A stretch of DNA of 64,000 bases. Origin: a virus. Lineage: Duplodnaviria; Heunggongvirae; Uroviricota; Caudoviricetes. Location: positions 2,668-66,667 of the IMG/VR virus record IMGVR_UViG_3300010883_000008. One strand, written 5' to 3'. A program made the position numbers and the translations under genes. Shown here piece by piece: positions 25,350-34,255 of the stretch. The stretch's first letter is position 1, and each line of letters begins with the position of its first letter. The notes under the pieces were generated by a model, which was not told where the DNA came from, ran no database searches, and was given only the letters and a program-made list of their open reading frames with translations.

Positions 25350-26258
25350 CTAATCATGGTACAATACTTTGGTTGAACTTAGTAAACGGTGTAATTTTGG
25401 GTTAGCCCCATTATAGCCCAGGTCCCGACGTTGCTGAGTTATAAAATTGTGGTGCCTTTTGGAGTGCTTATCTGGGAGTCCAAAGAAGGGAGTAACTGCA
25501 TACCGGGGGGCCTCTATTTCCGGGAAGCCTGTATACAACCGAGCATCGTGAATAAACACGGACCCTACGGGCACAGCTACTTTAATAGCCTTCTTCTCGT
25601 CCTTTCCCGGTATCAAGTGCGTGTCAGGAATCAGCGACACCTCGTCCTCTTCAACGAACGCCAAAACCCTCACCACTGAGTAAGGGGCATCGTTATCCCA
25701 GCACTCTCCCGTACAGTCTTCCTTACGGTCCACAGAATGTCGGCCCAACTTCGTCGTGGAATTGACCAGAACATCGCAGTGCTGCATGAACATGAAGTCT
25801 TCGCCCAACTCCGAGACCAACGCACCCAGTAACTTAGGGTGCATTACTGCCTCAGCTAACCGGTACGATTTGTTCAAGGCATCGGTAACCGCAGCGGACT
25901 TGGGGAAGTCCGCGTCCTCAATACCGAGCATGTCTTTGATAGCCAACTCAAGATTGAGTAAGTTCTCAGCCCCAAAGACAGAGTCAATTACGCAATAGCC
26001 ATCTTTCACTAGGTCAGTCATTCTTCTTCCTTTGTCGATAACGACACCCCGGGAGGCATCATCAATATCTTGCTGTCGGGAAAGGTCACTGTGAGAGCGT
26101 GAATTATCTGCTCGTGTACCAGCTTCGGGAGAGGTCTCTCCATATGGACACAAACTACATCGCCCCTTTTCACGGATTCGGCGGGGACTACAGACACATT
26201 TAGTTCTAAGTTCATTAGGCATCCTCCAACATAACCTCACCAGACCCGAAGAGATCAT
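25350..26258 (-). CDS. PhyH-like 2OG-Fe(II) dioxygenase, putative, with N-terminal Cys cluster
   Basis: 302 aa. HCDVLVN (HxD) and a later VFIHDARLY His. N-terminal CVCSPRRIREKGRCSLCPY. Confidence 0.35.
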   Translation of the reverse strand: MISSGLVRLCWRMPNELRTKCVCSPRRIREKGRCSLCPYGETSPEAGTRADNSRSHSDLSRQQDIDDASRGVVIDKGRRMTDLVKDGYCVIDSVFGAENLLNLELAIKDMLGIEDADFPKSAAVTDALNKSYRLAEAVMHPKLLGALVSELGEDFMFMQHCDVLVNSTTKLGRHSVDRKEDCTGECWDNDAPYSVVRVLAFVEEDEVSLIPDTHLIPGKDEKKAIKVAVPVGSVFIHDARLYTGFPEIEAPRYAVTPFFGLPDKHSKRHHNFITQQRRDLGYNGANPKLHRLLSSTKVLYHD

Positions 26259-27540
26259 CCTCCACAGGTATAGATCCCGTTTCCAGGGCTCCCAACTCGG
26301 AGAAGTCCATCCGGTTCAGATCCCACGATATCGTGAACTCGCTATGCATTGCATCGCCAGTTGCATCACGTGTCTTAAGTTGATGAATTTCTAACGACTT
26401 CGTCAGTCGTAGATCCTCATCGGCGTATAGTCCGATTACGTTGTCTGGGTTGATTACCCATTCCTTACCATACCGGACACCCCAAGCATGCATCTTGGAG
26501 TCACCTTTCTTTCTTTTCCCGGTTTCGTTGGCGTCACCTTGTTGAGTGGTAACCACCCAAGGGACTTGAGTCACCTCAGCCGCGATCTGTAGGTCGTTAA
26601 CGATCTCAACCGTATTCGCCCACTCACCGGCACCACCCCCGCCCCGGGAACTGAATCGATAACCTCCATCGATGAACACGATATCAGGCTTGTAATCCAT
26701 GACCATGAACAACACGTCAGAGACTCGTTGTACCATCTTCTTGTCGGCTAGGATGATGTCGCCCACGCCTTCCCTATCCTTGAGAATACGTCGTCGCCAT
26801 TCGTCTTCGGTTTCGGGCTCCATATCGCCACCCCGCAGTCGACCGTAAGGGACTTTGTATCGAATAGCTTCGATCCGTTTCCCGATCCGAGGAATGTCCA
26901 TCTCAAGTGTGACCATGAGAACCTTTTTCCCGAGATCTAACGCGTGATCCGCACAATAGCAACAAAACCACGATTTACCTGTGTTCTGCATAGCAGTGAT
27001 AACATTCAGGGTCCCATCACACCAGCCCCCTATGTTCACGTTTAGTCTTTCCCAGGGAGTGGGGAGTCCAATCAGGCCCCCCGCTTCTTTCAAGTCATCG
27101 TAGGCTTTGATTCGGTCGGGACCGGATTCCCGGAAGCTGGTAGGAGTCTCAACCTTTGCCCGAGATCTCAAAGCTAACGAGGCATCGCCCATCAGTTTCA
27201 AGGCTTCATCAGGATTTCGGGCCTCAATCTGTTTGGCAATCGCCGTAGCGGTTTGCTCCAGTCGTTTAGCTAACGACCGTTCCCGCACCAAGTTAGCGAC
27301 GTAATCCGCAGGCTTGTCCTCAATCGGAAGGTCGACCCCGGTCGACTCGGCGACCATGTCCCTATCCGGCCAAGAGCCGTGTTCTCGGAAATACTCAATC
27401 ACCCACGTCAGCGAGGTTCGAGCGTCCCCTAGAACATCCGTCTCATCCAACGAGTGCTTGGGTAGCAACGAGATATCGTCCCCGCTTATCAGAACGGATA
27501 CTAATCTCTTGCCAATATAGTCAGATACAGCCACTACCAA
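26215..27540 (-). CDS. DnaB-like replicative helicase (RecA-fold hexameric helicase)
   Basis: 441 aa. Walker A-like ITAMQNTGKSWF and Walker B DIVFIDGGY. N-terminal DnaB-like helical domain. Confidence 0.6.
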   Translation of the reverse strand: MVVAVSDYIGKRLVSVLISGDDISLLPKHSLDETDVLGDARTSLTWVIEYFREHGSWPDRDMVAESTGVDLPIEDKPADYVANLVRERSLAKRLEQTATAIAKQIEARNPDEALKLMGDASLALRSRAKVETPTSFRESGPDRIKAYDDLKEAGGLIGLPTPWERLNVNIGGWCDGTLNVITAMQNTGKSWFCCYCADHALDLGKKVLMVTLEMDIPRIGKRIEAIRYKVPYGRLRGGDMEPETEDEWRRRILKDREGVGDIILADKKMVQRVSDVLFMVMDYKPDIVFIDGGYRFSSRGGGGAGEWANTVEIVNDLQIAAEVTQVPWVVTTQQGDANETGKRKKGDSKMHAWGVRYGKEWVINPDNVIGLYADEDLRLTKSLEIHQLKTRDATGDAMHSEFTISWDLNRMDFSELGALETGSIPVEDDLFGSGEVMLEDA

Positions 27541-28178
27541 CCCCTGGAAGATCTAGGTTTACGTTTGTCTTTTGGGGCAGCTTTAGGTGTGCCCCTCAGG
27601 TCATCCCCTGGTACGTGCATTTGCCAGAACACCGACTCATGCAGAATAGAGGCTAAGGAATGTGTACGGCCTTGGACCGTCGTGGGGTCGTAGTTACTCG
27701 TGATAATTGTGGCCTTCTTCTTGTCCACCCGATCCCGGATTACTTCCTCAAGATGAGCTTCCTTGAATTTGGCATTCTCCCGGATGATAACTTCGTCGAT
27801 TATCAGCAAAGGAACTAGGGCCGCACGCTCCGCACAGGTCACCCTGCCGTCGAAGTCCGTGCCCTCCATGCATTCATTGATCAGGGTCTCATGCCGCACC
27901 CAATAGCCAATCAGCCCGAATTGGGCCGCTCGCTTTGCAATCAAAGCTGCCATGGACGTTTTGCCTGTCCCGTTCGGTCCATATAAGAACAGTCCCCGAC
28001 CCGAGTCTATATGGTTGGGGGCGTCTTTCCAAAATTCGAGGAACCCGTGTTTATGGGGACCTTCGGGTATTTTGGTAATTGTGGCTGACCAATACTTTTC
28101 AGGCAAGCAGATGACGTGGAAGATCCTCCTCCAATCATCGTTAGTTAATCGTGTCAGTTGGTCTACGAATTTTGCCAT
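27534..28178 (-). CDS. DnaC/IstB-like AAA+ helicase loader
   Basis: 214 aa. LFLYGPNGTGKTSMAALIAK (Walker A) and LLIIDEVII (Walker B). Confidence 0.65.
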   Translation of the reverse strand: MAKFVDQLTRLTNDDWRRIFHVICLPEKYWSATITKIPEGPHKHGFLEFWKDAPNHIDSGRGLFLYGPNGTGKTSMAALIAKRAAQFGLIGYWVRHETLINECMEGTDFDGRVTCAERAALVPLLIIDEVIIRENAKFKEAHLEEVIRDRVDKKKATIITSNYDPTTVQGRTHSLASILHESVFWQMHVPGDDLRGTPKAAPKDKRKPRSSRGW

Positions 28179-29362
28179 TAGCTCCGTCCTCGATCCGCAG
28201 TGGACTCTTCACGTTTTTTCGGTACAGTCCCCGTTTCGTGCCAATGCTTTAGAGCATGGGCAAACTTCTCAGAGTTCAGCAGTAGGTAATCTGGCACCAT
28301 AACGTCCATCGCATCTGAAAACTCGTCCCATCGGGCGAACAGGTAAGTCACAAGTTTAACACACAATTCTCGGTCGTTATCAAGGTAACTCACAAACCGG
28401 GAGAACACTGCCATCTTGGCCGCATATACTCGTCGGCGTTCCGCGTCCGTCAGGCTGGCCCAGTCATCGTCTACATAGGCAAGACTTGTTGGGCGGTATC
28501 CCCACCGGTCTTGGAACGTCTTATCAAAGAGCGTCATTATATCCCGTATCGGCAGAGCAGTAGGCTTCATGGTTTCCGCGTACTTGTTCCAACCCATAAA
28601 CCTAACGATTGCCATCTCAGACCATAGCTTCTTAGACCCCAAGCTATTCCACGTGAATACCCCATGTTCCACGATCTTCTCAGCTACCAATCGATCCCAG
28701 TTGGCAAAGGCCCACCTCATGGCATCCAAAGCCGCTGTGATGTCCCCGCCTGCATACTCCAGCATTCGATCAGCATAGGTACGAATGCTAGACTTTGGAC
28801 TCACGCCTTCCGGGTCCTTTGGGGGTACTCCGAAAGTATCTGTGTGTTCTTGGATGAAACATCGTCGAAGTCGAGCTATATCCTCAGGGCACACCACTTG
28901 AGCTTTGATGCATTTAGTGACAACTTGACGTTGTAATTCCTTAGGCAGTGCCGACCCCGCCCGGGCCTCCTTCGCAGCCATGTGTTCCTGAGAGGATTCC
29001 AAGTGTTTCATCACGCTTTGACTGGGACTCAGCCCCCGAGGGGGTTCGGGTATAGGAACCTCCAGATACCATTGCTCCGGAGTTCCCAACTCCCACAAAG
29101 GTTCCCCCGCAGTAGGAACACGTTTGATAACTCGACGGGTAACAAGCTCCGTCAGGAACATGAAAGCGGACTCAGGTGATATCCCGAGCCGCTTGGCAAG
29201 ATAGACCGAGGTAATCCCCGATGTCCGCTGCCCCGTAGTTTGCCCTAACTGAGCGGCTGGAGTATGGCCGAACTCGATATCCGCCCTAAGCAACGCGTAA
29301 GGCAGGAGTAGTCGAGGGGGCAGAGCTACATACTCAGGGGCAAAGAATAGGTTAGGATTCAT
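28178..29362 (-). CDS. putative replication initiation / primosomal protein with HTH
   Basis: 394 aa. HTH-like SVYLAKRLGISPESAFMFLTELVTRRVI. It sits immediately upstream of the loader and helicase genes. Confidence 0.4.
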   Translation of the reverse strand: MNPNLFFAPEYVALPPRLLLPYALLRADIEFGHTPAAQLGQTTGQRTSGITSVYLAKRLGISPESAFMFLTELVTRRVIKRVPTAGEPLWELGTPEQWYLEVPIPEPPRGLSPSQSVMKHLESSQEHMAAKEARAGSALPKELQRQVVTKCIKAQVVCPEDIARLRRCFIQEHTDTFGVPPKDPEGVSPKSSIRTYADRMLEYAGGDITAALDAMRWAFANWDRLVAEKIVEHGVFTWNSLGSKKLWSEMAIVRFMGWNKYAETMKPTALPIRDIMTLFDKTFQDRWGYRPTSLAYVDDDWASLTDAERRRVYAAKMAVFSRFVSYLDNDRELCVKLVTYLFARWDEFSDAMDVMVPDYLLLNSEKFAHALKHWHETGTVPKKREESTADRGRS

Positions 29363-29368
29363 AGCTAC

Positions 29369-29866
29369 TCAAAAGGGGATAAACGCATCGGCTAGTCGGG
29401 TGACGGACTTACGTAAGTCGGCTTCTCCCAAATTGTTCAATACGACTATATCGCACATGTCGCGGGTAATCGTGTTCGACGCCACTGATTCTGGAGGTAG
29501 TCGAGTATCCGCCTCCACCCAGATAGACAAATCAAATAAATCTTGCTTTTCAGCCGCAGAGAGTTCTTCATGGTTCCGTATTCCCACATACATATCAAAC
29601 TTGCCAAAGATGGCCTTTGATAGTCGTGCCTTATCGTACAAGTTGAATTCGCAGATGGCATCATACCATTCCGCTCGGTGATTTGCTCGATCCTCAAAGC
29701 ATTCTTGAGGGGTCGCGTACCCGTACTTTTCCCGCAACTGCTCGAAGATGAATTCCTCACAAGCAAACATGCTGGAGGATTGAAAGGTTAAGCCCATCAC
29801 CCCTTGTAGGTGTTCGGCGACAGTGTCTTTACCATGGCGTCCATGTCCACAGATCATTAACTTCAT
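29369..29866 (-). CDS. deoxynucleoside monophosphate kinase (T4 gp1-like)
   Basis: 165 aa. The N terminus MKLMICGHGRHGKDTVAEHL mirrors T4 Dnk MKLIFLSGVKRSGKDTTADFI. Confidence 0.6.
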   Translation of the reverse strand: MKLMICGHGRHGKDTVAEHLQGVMGLTFQSSSMFACEEFIFEQLREKYGYATPQECFEDRANHRAEWYDAICEFNLYDKARLSKAIFGKFDMYVGIRNHEELSAAEKQDLFDLSIWVEADTRLPPESVASNTITRDMCDIVVLNNLGEADLRKSVTRLADAFIPF

Positions 29867-30450
29867 GGTCGAAGGTCCTTATCGTGATCGTCAAAGAATA
29901 GGTTAGCTAACTCGGGCCGCATGGCGTCCGATAGCCTAGCTAAGGGAATGTTAGCAAACCCCAAATTTCCCCAAGCCCAAGTAGCGTAGTCTCGCATCAA
30001 CACCTTAGCCTCAGTGTGACACACGAGATTATCGACGTGCTTGATGAGATTCCAGTCTACTTCGGTAGGTAGATTCAGAGCTTGGAAGATCGTAGATTTG
30101 ATTTTGGTCTCAAGGGCACAATACTCAGGCATGTGTCTTTTGATCGGGCGGCACATGTCTCCGACATAGGCTTCCCCGGCATCGTGCCAAAGAGCGGCTA
30201 AGATGCAATCCTTTGAGCCTCCCAGTTTCTCCACTTCCCAAGCAACGTAGACTGAGTGCTGGGCGACCGAGTAGAACTTCTTGACGTGTCCCCCGAATCG
30301 GCAGATATTAGAGAGAGCATGAATTATGTCTTCCCGAACCACCAACTCAGGCTTGGGATCGAACACATCAAACATCACCCCGCTATGGGTAGAAATGGCA
30401 CCTTTACCTTTGGTGTAGATGCCCACGTCGTTAGGTATAGATTCGTCCAT
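29863..30450 (-). CDS. HD-domain phosphohydrolase (YfbR-like 5'-deoxynucleotidase)
   Basis: 195 aa. YSVAQHSVYVA ... ALWHDAGEAYVGD gives the H...HD...D metal ligands. Confidence 0.65.
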   Translation of the reverse strand: MDESIPNDVGIYTKGKGAISTHSGVMFDVFDPKPELVVREDIIHALSNICRFGGHVKKFYSVAQHSVYVAWEVEKLGGSKDCILAALWHDAGEAYVGDMCRPIKRHMPEYCALETKIKSTIFQALNLPTEVDWNLIKHVDNLVCHTEAKVLMRDYATWAWGNLGFANIPLARLSDAMRPELANLFFDDHDKDLRP

Positions 30451-30459
30451 GTTAAGTTC

Positions 30460-31650
30460 CTACTTCTTAGATAGTTTGGCTTCTAAGGATTGGACGATCT
30501 GTCCAATGTTAATAGTGCTTCGGCGATGTTCCCCGAATTCCTTGTGAAGTGTTATCGAGCAGATGTCCCGCTTACTTCGGAACCCGTTCGTGTGAGAGTA
30601 CTGGTCCCGGGGAATTAGGGTCCGGAAACTTTCGATCACCTGCCCGCCAACGTCTACACGTTTTTGGTGGTGGATATGTCCAGTATACCAGTAGCGATGC
30701 TCACACCGACCGCACTCAATACGTTTATCTTCGGCCATGACTTTGTATAATTGTTCAGGTTTGCACTTATGACCGTGATGTACTCCAATGAAGTTGTTAC
30801 CGAACTCATGCCAGTGGAACCCATCAGGGCTCGTGTCAATAGTCACCCGGGGCTCATTCTCGTAAGCCGTCTCCATGGTTAGTCCCAAAAGCTGACTGGT
30901 TTGCTCGTCGTGGTTACCTATGGAGTTGATAACCCGAACCAGTTGGTGTTTCTGTAGGGCAGCTTCGATCATTCGCCGCATCAGACGGATACCCACCCGA
31001 GCTACTTTGGCCCAGCGAGTGTCAACGTCCAAAGAGTGCCCACTAGCTGCGGTCACATTGGCGGGAGTATCCGTATGGAACCAGTCTCCCAAATTGCAAA
31101 TCAGGGCTTCTTCCGTGTCGGGGGTTGCGGCCAAAACTTTCAAGAACCCTTCGGTCATTAAAGCCTCGGCAATGTCCAAATCCCAGTCAGCTTGTACTTC
31201 TTCATGCCAGCAATACAGCCCAATGTGTGCGTCACCTATGGGATAAACCGCCAATTCTTCCGAAGTCGAGTTTTGTGCAATCAGTTGCACTGGGGGGAGG
31301 GGAGTTAGTTCCTGACTGATCCCCGTGGCGAGATCCACAGCGAATTCTTTGAGTCGGTCAGAGTCGACGCTTGATTTGACCCACTGGAGTTTTTGCTCCC
31401 CGTCCGGGCCATAGAGGGTGGAGACTCCTTTTACAAAGTGAGATTCGGGTACTACCTTCGTCATGTCATGGTCAGGACTCCATCCCTGTAGCGAGGCCCT
31501 ACGGCGTACTCGTGAAAGAGTTTTAGTCACCGTATTCCGAGGGAGCTTTAATTTTCTAGCAATCTCAGCCTGTGAAGTTTCCCCCGACTCAAATAGTTCT
31601 ACAATCTTACGTTGAATATCCGTGTTGCAAAAGTCAACTAGTTTGGGCAT
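30460..31650 (-). CDS. HTH domain fused to calcineurin-like metallophosphoesterase (SbcD/Mre11-like motifs)
   Basis: 396 aa. N-terminal HTH (SQAEIARKLKLPRNTVTKTLSRV). Then GDAHIG, GDWFH, GNHDE, GVHHGH, GHIHH. Confidence 0.6.
   Translation of the reverse strand: MPKLVDFCNTDIQRKIVELFESGETSQAEIARKLKLPRNTVTKTLSRVRRRASLQGWSPDHDMTKVVPESHFVKGVSTLYGPDGEQKLQWVKSSVDSDRLKEFAVDLATGISQELTPLPPVQLIAQNSTSEELAVYPIGDAHIGLYCWHEEVQADWDLDIAEALMTEGFLKVLAATPDTEEALICNLGDWFHTDTPANVTAASGHSLDVDTRWAKVARVGIRLMRRMIEAALQKHQLVRVINSIGNHDEQTSQLLGLTMETAYENEPRVTIDTSPDGFHWHEFGNNFIGVHHGHKCKPEQLYKVMAEDKRIECGRCEHRYWYTGHIHHQKRVDVGGQVIESFRTLIPRDQYSHTNGFRSKRDICSITLHKEFGEHRRSTINIGQIVQSLEAKLSKK
31275..31290. repeat. palindrome family copy: GTGCAATCAGTTGCAC
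   Basis: 16-bp inverted repeat inside the phosphoesterase gene. Confidence 0.85.
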
Positions 31651-31670
31651 GGTAACCCTCCAACTAAACC

Positions 31671-32318
31671 CTATTCAGCTTCCGTGATGACATCTGCAAT
31701 ATCAGTCATGTGTAACAGACTCAACCCAGTTGCAAAATCGGCTAAGGACAACCGTATGACCTTGATGCCGAAATGTCTCAGTTCCTCGCGTAATTGGGTA
31801 CTCAGATCTTCCCGACACTTTTTAGAATCGGCCAGTAGTTCACTGTAGTTATTATCGCAGATTACTTTGGAGATAGCAACTAGTGCAAAATCGTGCGAAG
31901 TGTCGTCATAGTCGTGGGTCTCGCATAAAAGTGCCCTTACGTCATGGATCTCATAGATCAGGACTCCCCGAAGGTGGAGCGGTTTATTGTCTCGGGTCGT
32001 GAGTTTCTGCTTAGGCAGATAGGTGGTCTGTCGCTTGATGGGGACGATTGTGGGAACATGGGTCACTAAGGGCCAGTACCAATGGATGCCTGTCAGCCTC
32101 CACCAGTTATCCCACCTACTCCAAAGAACGGGACGGAAAAGACCTTGAAGAAACATCCATCTAGGCCACCACATCCCGTTTGTATGGGTGAGTACTTTCA
32201 CATCCGCACCCCGAGTCCATTTGACCCCGGCTTGCGTAGAGTTAACTACCTCGAAATGAGGCAGAAACAAGACTATAAATTCAAATAGCCTTGTCAAGAC
32301 TGGAAACAATTCACCCAT
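31671..32318 (-). CDS. SPFH/band-7 (stomatin/HflK-like) domain membrane protein, putative
   Basis: 215 aa. N-terminal hydrophobic segment. GVKWTRG...GIHWYWPLV...TTRDNKPLHLRGVLIYEIHD...REDLSTQLREELRHFGIKVIRLSLADF follows the SPFH pattern. Confidence 0.45.
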   Translation of the reverse strand: MGELFPVLTRLFEFIVLFLPHFEVVNSTQAGVKWTRGADVKVLTHTNGMWWPRWMFLQGLFRPVLWSRWDNWWRLTGIHWYWPLVTHVPTIVPIKRQTTYLPKQKLTTRDNKPLHLRGVLIYEIHDVRALLCETHDYDDTSHDFALVAISKVICDNNYSELLADSKKCREDLSTQLREELRHFGIKVIRLSLADFATGLSLLHMTDIADVITEAE

Positions 32319-34255
32319 TATCCCACCTTAGTTTTAGTTAACTTGATCTCCGTCAATTGGGCAGTTATGTCAAATACTGGCATCAGAGCTACAGTGTTAC
32401 TCACCTCATCTGGAGTGAAAGTTAAAGGACTAATTCCTGACGCGTGTACGCCCGAATCTCGAATCTCTAAGTTCACATCCCCGTTAAGGTAGACGTTCTC
32501 AATCTCGATGGTGTAAGTATCCCCTATAGTTAGAGATAACTCTTGTGTGGCCTCAGTACTACCAAGCAAGGTCAATCCGTCCCCGGGGTTAGCCCTAGAA
32601 CCTAACGGGATCGTCCAAGGGACCGACTCAGTGGATTTAGGTACAGGATCTCGCAAGAGATTCGTAGGCGACGTGAACGTAGTCGAACCTATGTCCTCCA
32701 TCGAGTGAACGATTAGAGACATCTTAGCTTTTGGCCCCGGACTATAGTTGACTTTGATGTCCGTCAGCAGACCTGTGATCACGTCACCCTCAGGAGTGGT
32801 AAATGTAATCTTCTGACCCACATCCAAGCAAGTTACATAAGCACTCTCAACATCCCAGGCCTTACGGGCCATTTTCCATTCCTGAAAAGCTCGCACAGCA
32901 ACGTTGTAGGCAATCTCCCGATCAGGGATGTAAGTGTTCTCAATCTCCTCAGGAAGTATGCCCATCTCCGCTTGTAGATCCGGGTCATTAACGATAACCG
33001 CAAGTTGGTATTCAACCTTCTCCATTGCCGAAGCCGAAGGTGAACCTCCACCTTTACCGCCGCCACCTTGGCCCCCCGGACCACCTCCGGCATGCCCGGC
33101 CCCTCGACCGACACCCGCACCCATCTGACGCATGACAGCTTTGATCTGTTCAACGTCCTCTTTACCATGGGCGGCTTGGTGTTTCTCACCCAAGTTGTGG
33201 GCGTTCGCCAACTCAGGGTCTTGGGGGTTATCCAGAGCTTTGGCCGATACAGTTACTTCGTAGTCACCCTTCTGATAATGTGCCGAGTCATCATTGGGGT
33301 CGCCGTTAGTCATCCTTACCCCAGTCTCCCCCGAATTACCGTACATCAGTTCTTCGGTGTAGTCGGCGGGACCTGCATACTCACCGGCCCCTGTGATAAC
33401 AACGTCCAAGGCGTTCACCCTATCGTCGTTGATCTCCTTAAGCAGAATAGCGATCACCTTACGAGGTAAAGCATTGCCGATACAATGCTTCATTTTGGCC
33501 TTCTTCCCCTTCTTCTTAGTGTTCTTGGGGTTACTTTGACCACCTTGGGATTGTTGCTCTTTCTTCCCCCCAAGTTTGTCCTTCCATTCCCAGCAGCCCC
33601 GGACTTGGTATCGAGTAGGGCCTGATTGAATATCACGCTTCCGATTAGCAGACAGGACCGCCTCAGGGGGAAGAACCACGTCCACAGCAGAGTTATGGTC
33701 CTTCCAATCCTGAGTAACTAGGATACCGTTGCGATTGATGAAGAGATCCTGGCAAGCCGCCTGGGCAATCTTCATCATTTCTTGCATCATGTTCGTGCCG
33801 TTAGCGGGACCACATACTGTCTTAGTTGTGGGGGCAAACGCAGTCAAAGCCGGACTCAAGCCCCCCATCTCATGAGCAATGAGTTCCAGGGCATCCTTAG
33901 CGTTAGCCAAAGGCCCAGTAATGACAGGCTTCTTAGCTAGTCGAGACGCATACGAGTTGATGGAGAGTTGGACTTCATCATTCGAGAGTTCATCCTTCTC
34001 ATTGAAGTTCACAACCAGTCCGAAGACCCAACTGATCACCCCGTTAAAGCAGGACTCCACAATACCTTGGGATTCAAGGACCGAAGCGTCCAACTTGACC
34101 TGAAAAGGTTGCCACAAGAAGTTCTCGGGTTCCCACAGCCCATCCTCATTGGTGAGAACTACCGAAGCACTGTAGGACGACCGCATTGAAACGGTGACGT
34201 TCCAACTTACTAAGTTGTTAACCAGAGTCGAGGGGTAGGGTCCGTTACTAGCCAT
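32318..34255 (-). CDS. large Gly-rich protein, probable virion/structural component
   Basis: 645 aa. Gly run GAGHAGGGPGGQGGGGKGGG and Lys patch KNTKKKGKKAKMKH. No enzymatic motif recognised. Confidence 0.45.
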   Translation of the reverse strand: MASNGPYPSTLVNNLVSWNVTVSMRSSYSASVVLTNEDGLWEPENFLWQPFQVKLDASVLESQGIVESCFNGVISWVFGLVVNFNEKDELSNDEVQLSINSYASRLAKKPVITGPLANAKDALELIAHEMGGLSPALTAFAPTTKTVCGPANGTNMMQEMMKIAQAACQDLFINRNGILVTQDWKDHNSAVDVVLPPEAVLSANRKRDIQSGPTRYQVRGCWEWKDKLGGKKEQQSQGGQSNPKNTKKKGKKAKMKHCIGNALPRKVIAILLKEINDDRVNALDVVITGAGEYAGPADYTEELMYGNSGETGVRMTNGDPNDDSAHYQKGDYEVTVSAKALDNPQDPELANAHNLGEKHQAAHGKEDVEQIKAVMRQMGAGVGRGAGHAGGGPGGQGGGGKGGGSPSASAMEKVEYQLAVIVNDPDLQAEMGILPEEIENTYIPDREIAYNVAVRAFQEWKMARKAWDVESAYVTCLDVGQKITFTTPEGDVITGLLTDIKVNYSPGPKAKMSLIVHSMEDIGSTTFTSPTNLLRDPVPKSTESVPWTIPLGSRANPGDGLTLLGSTEATQELSLTIGDTYTIEIENVYLNGDVNLEIRDSGVHASGISPLTFTPDEVSNTVALMPVFDITAQLTEIKLTKTKVG

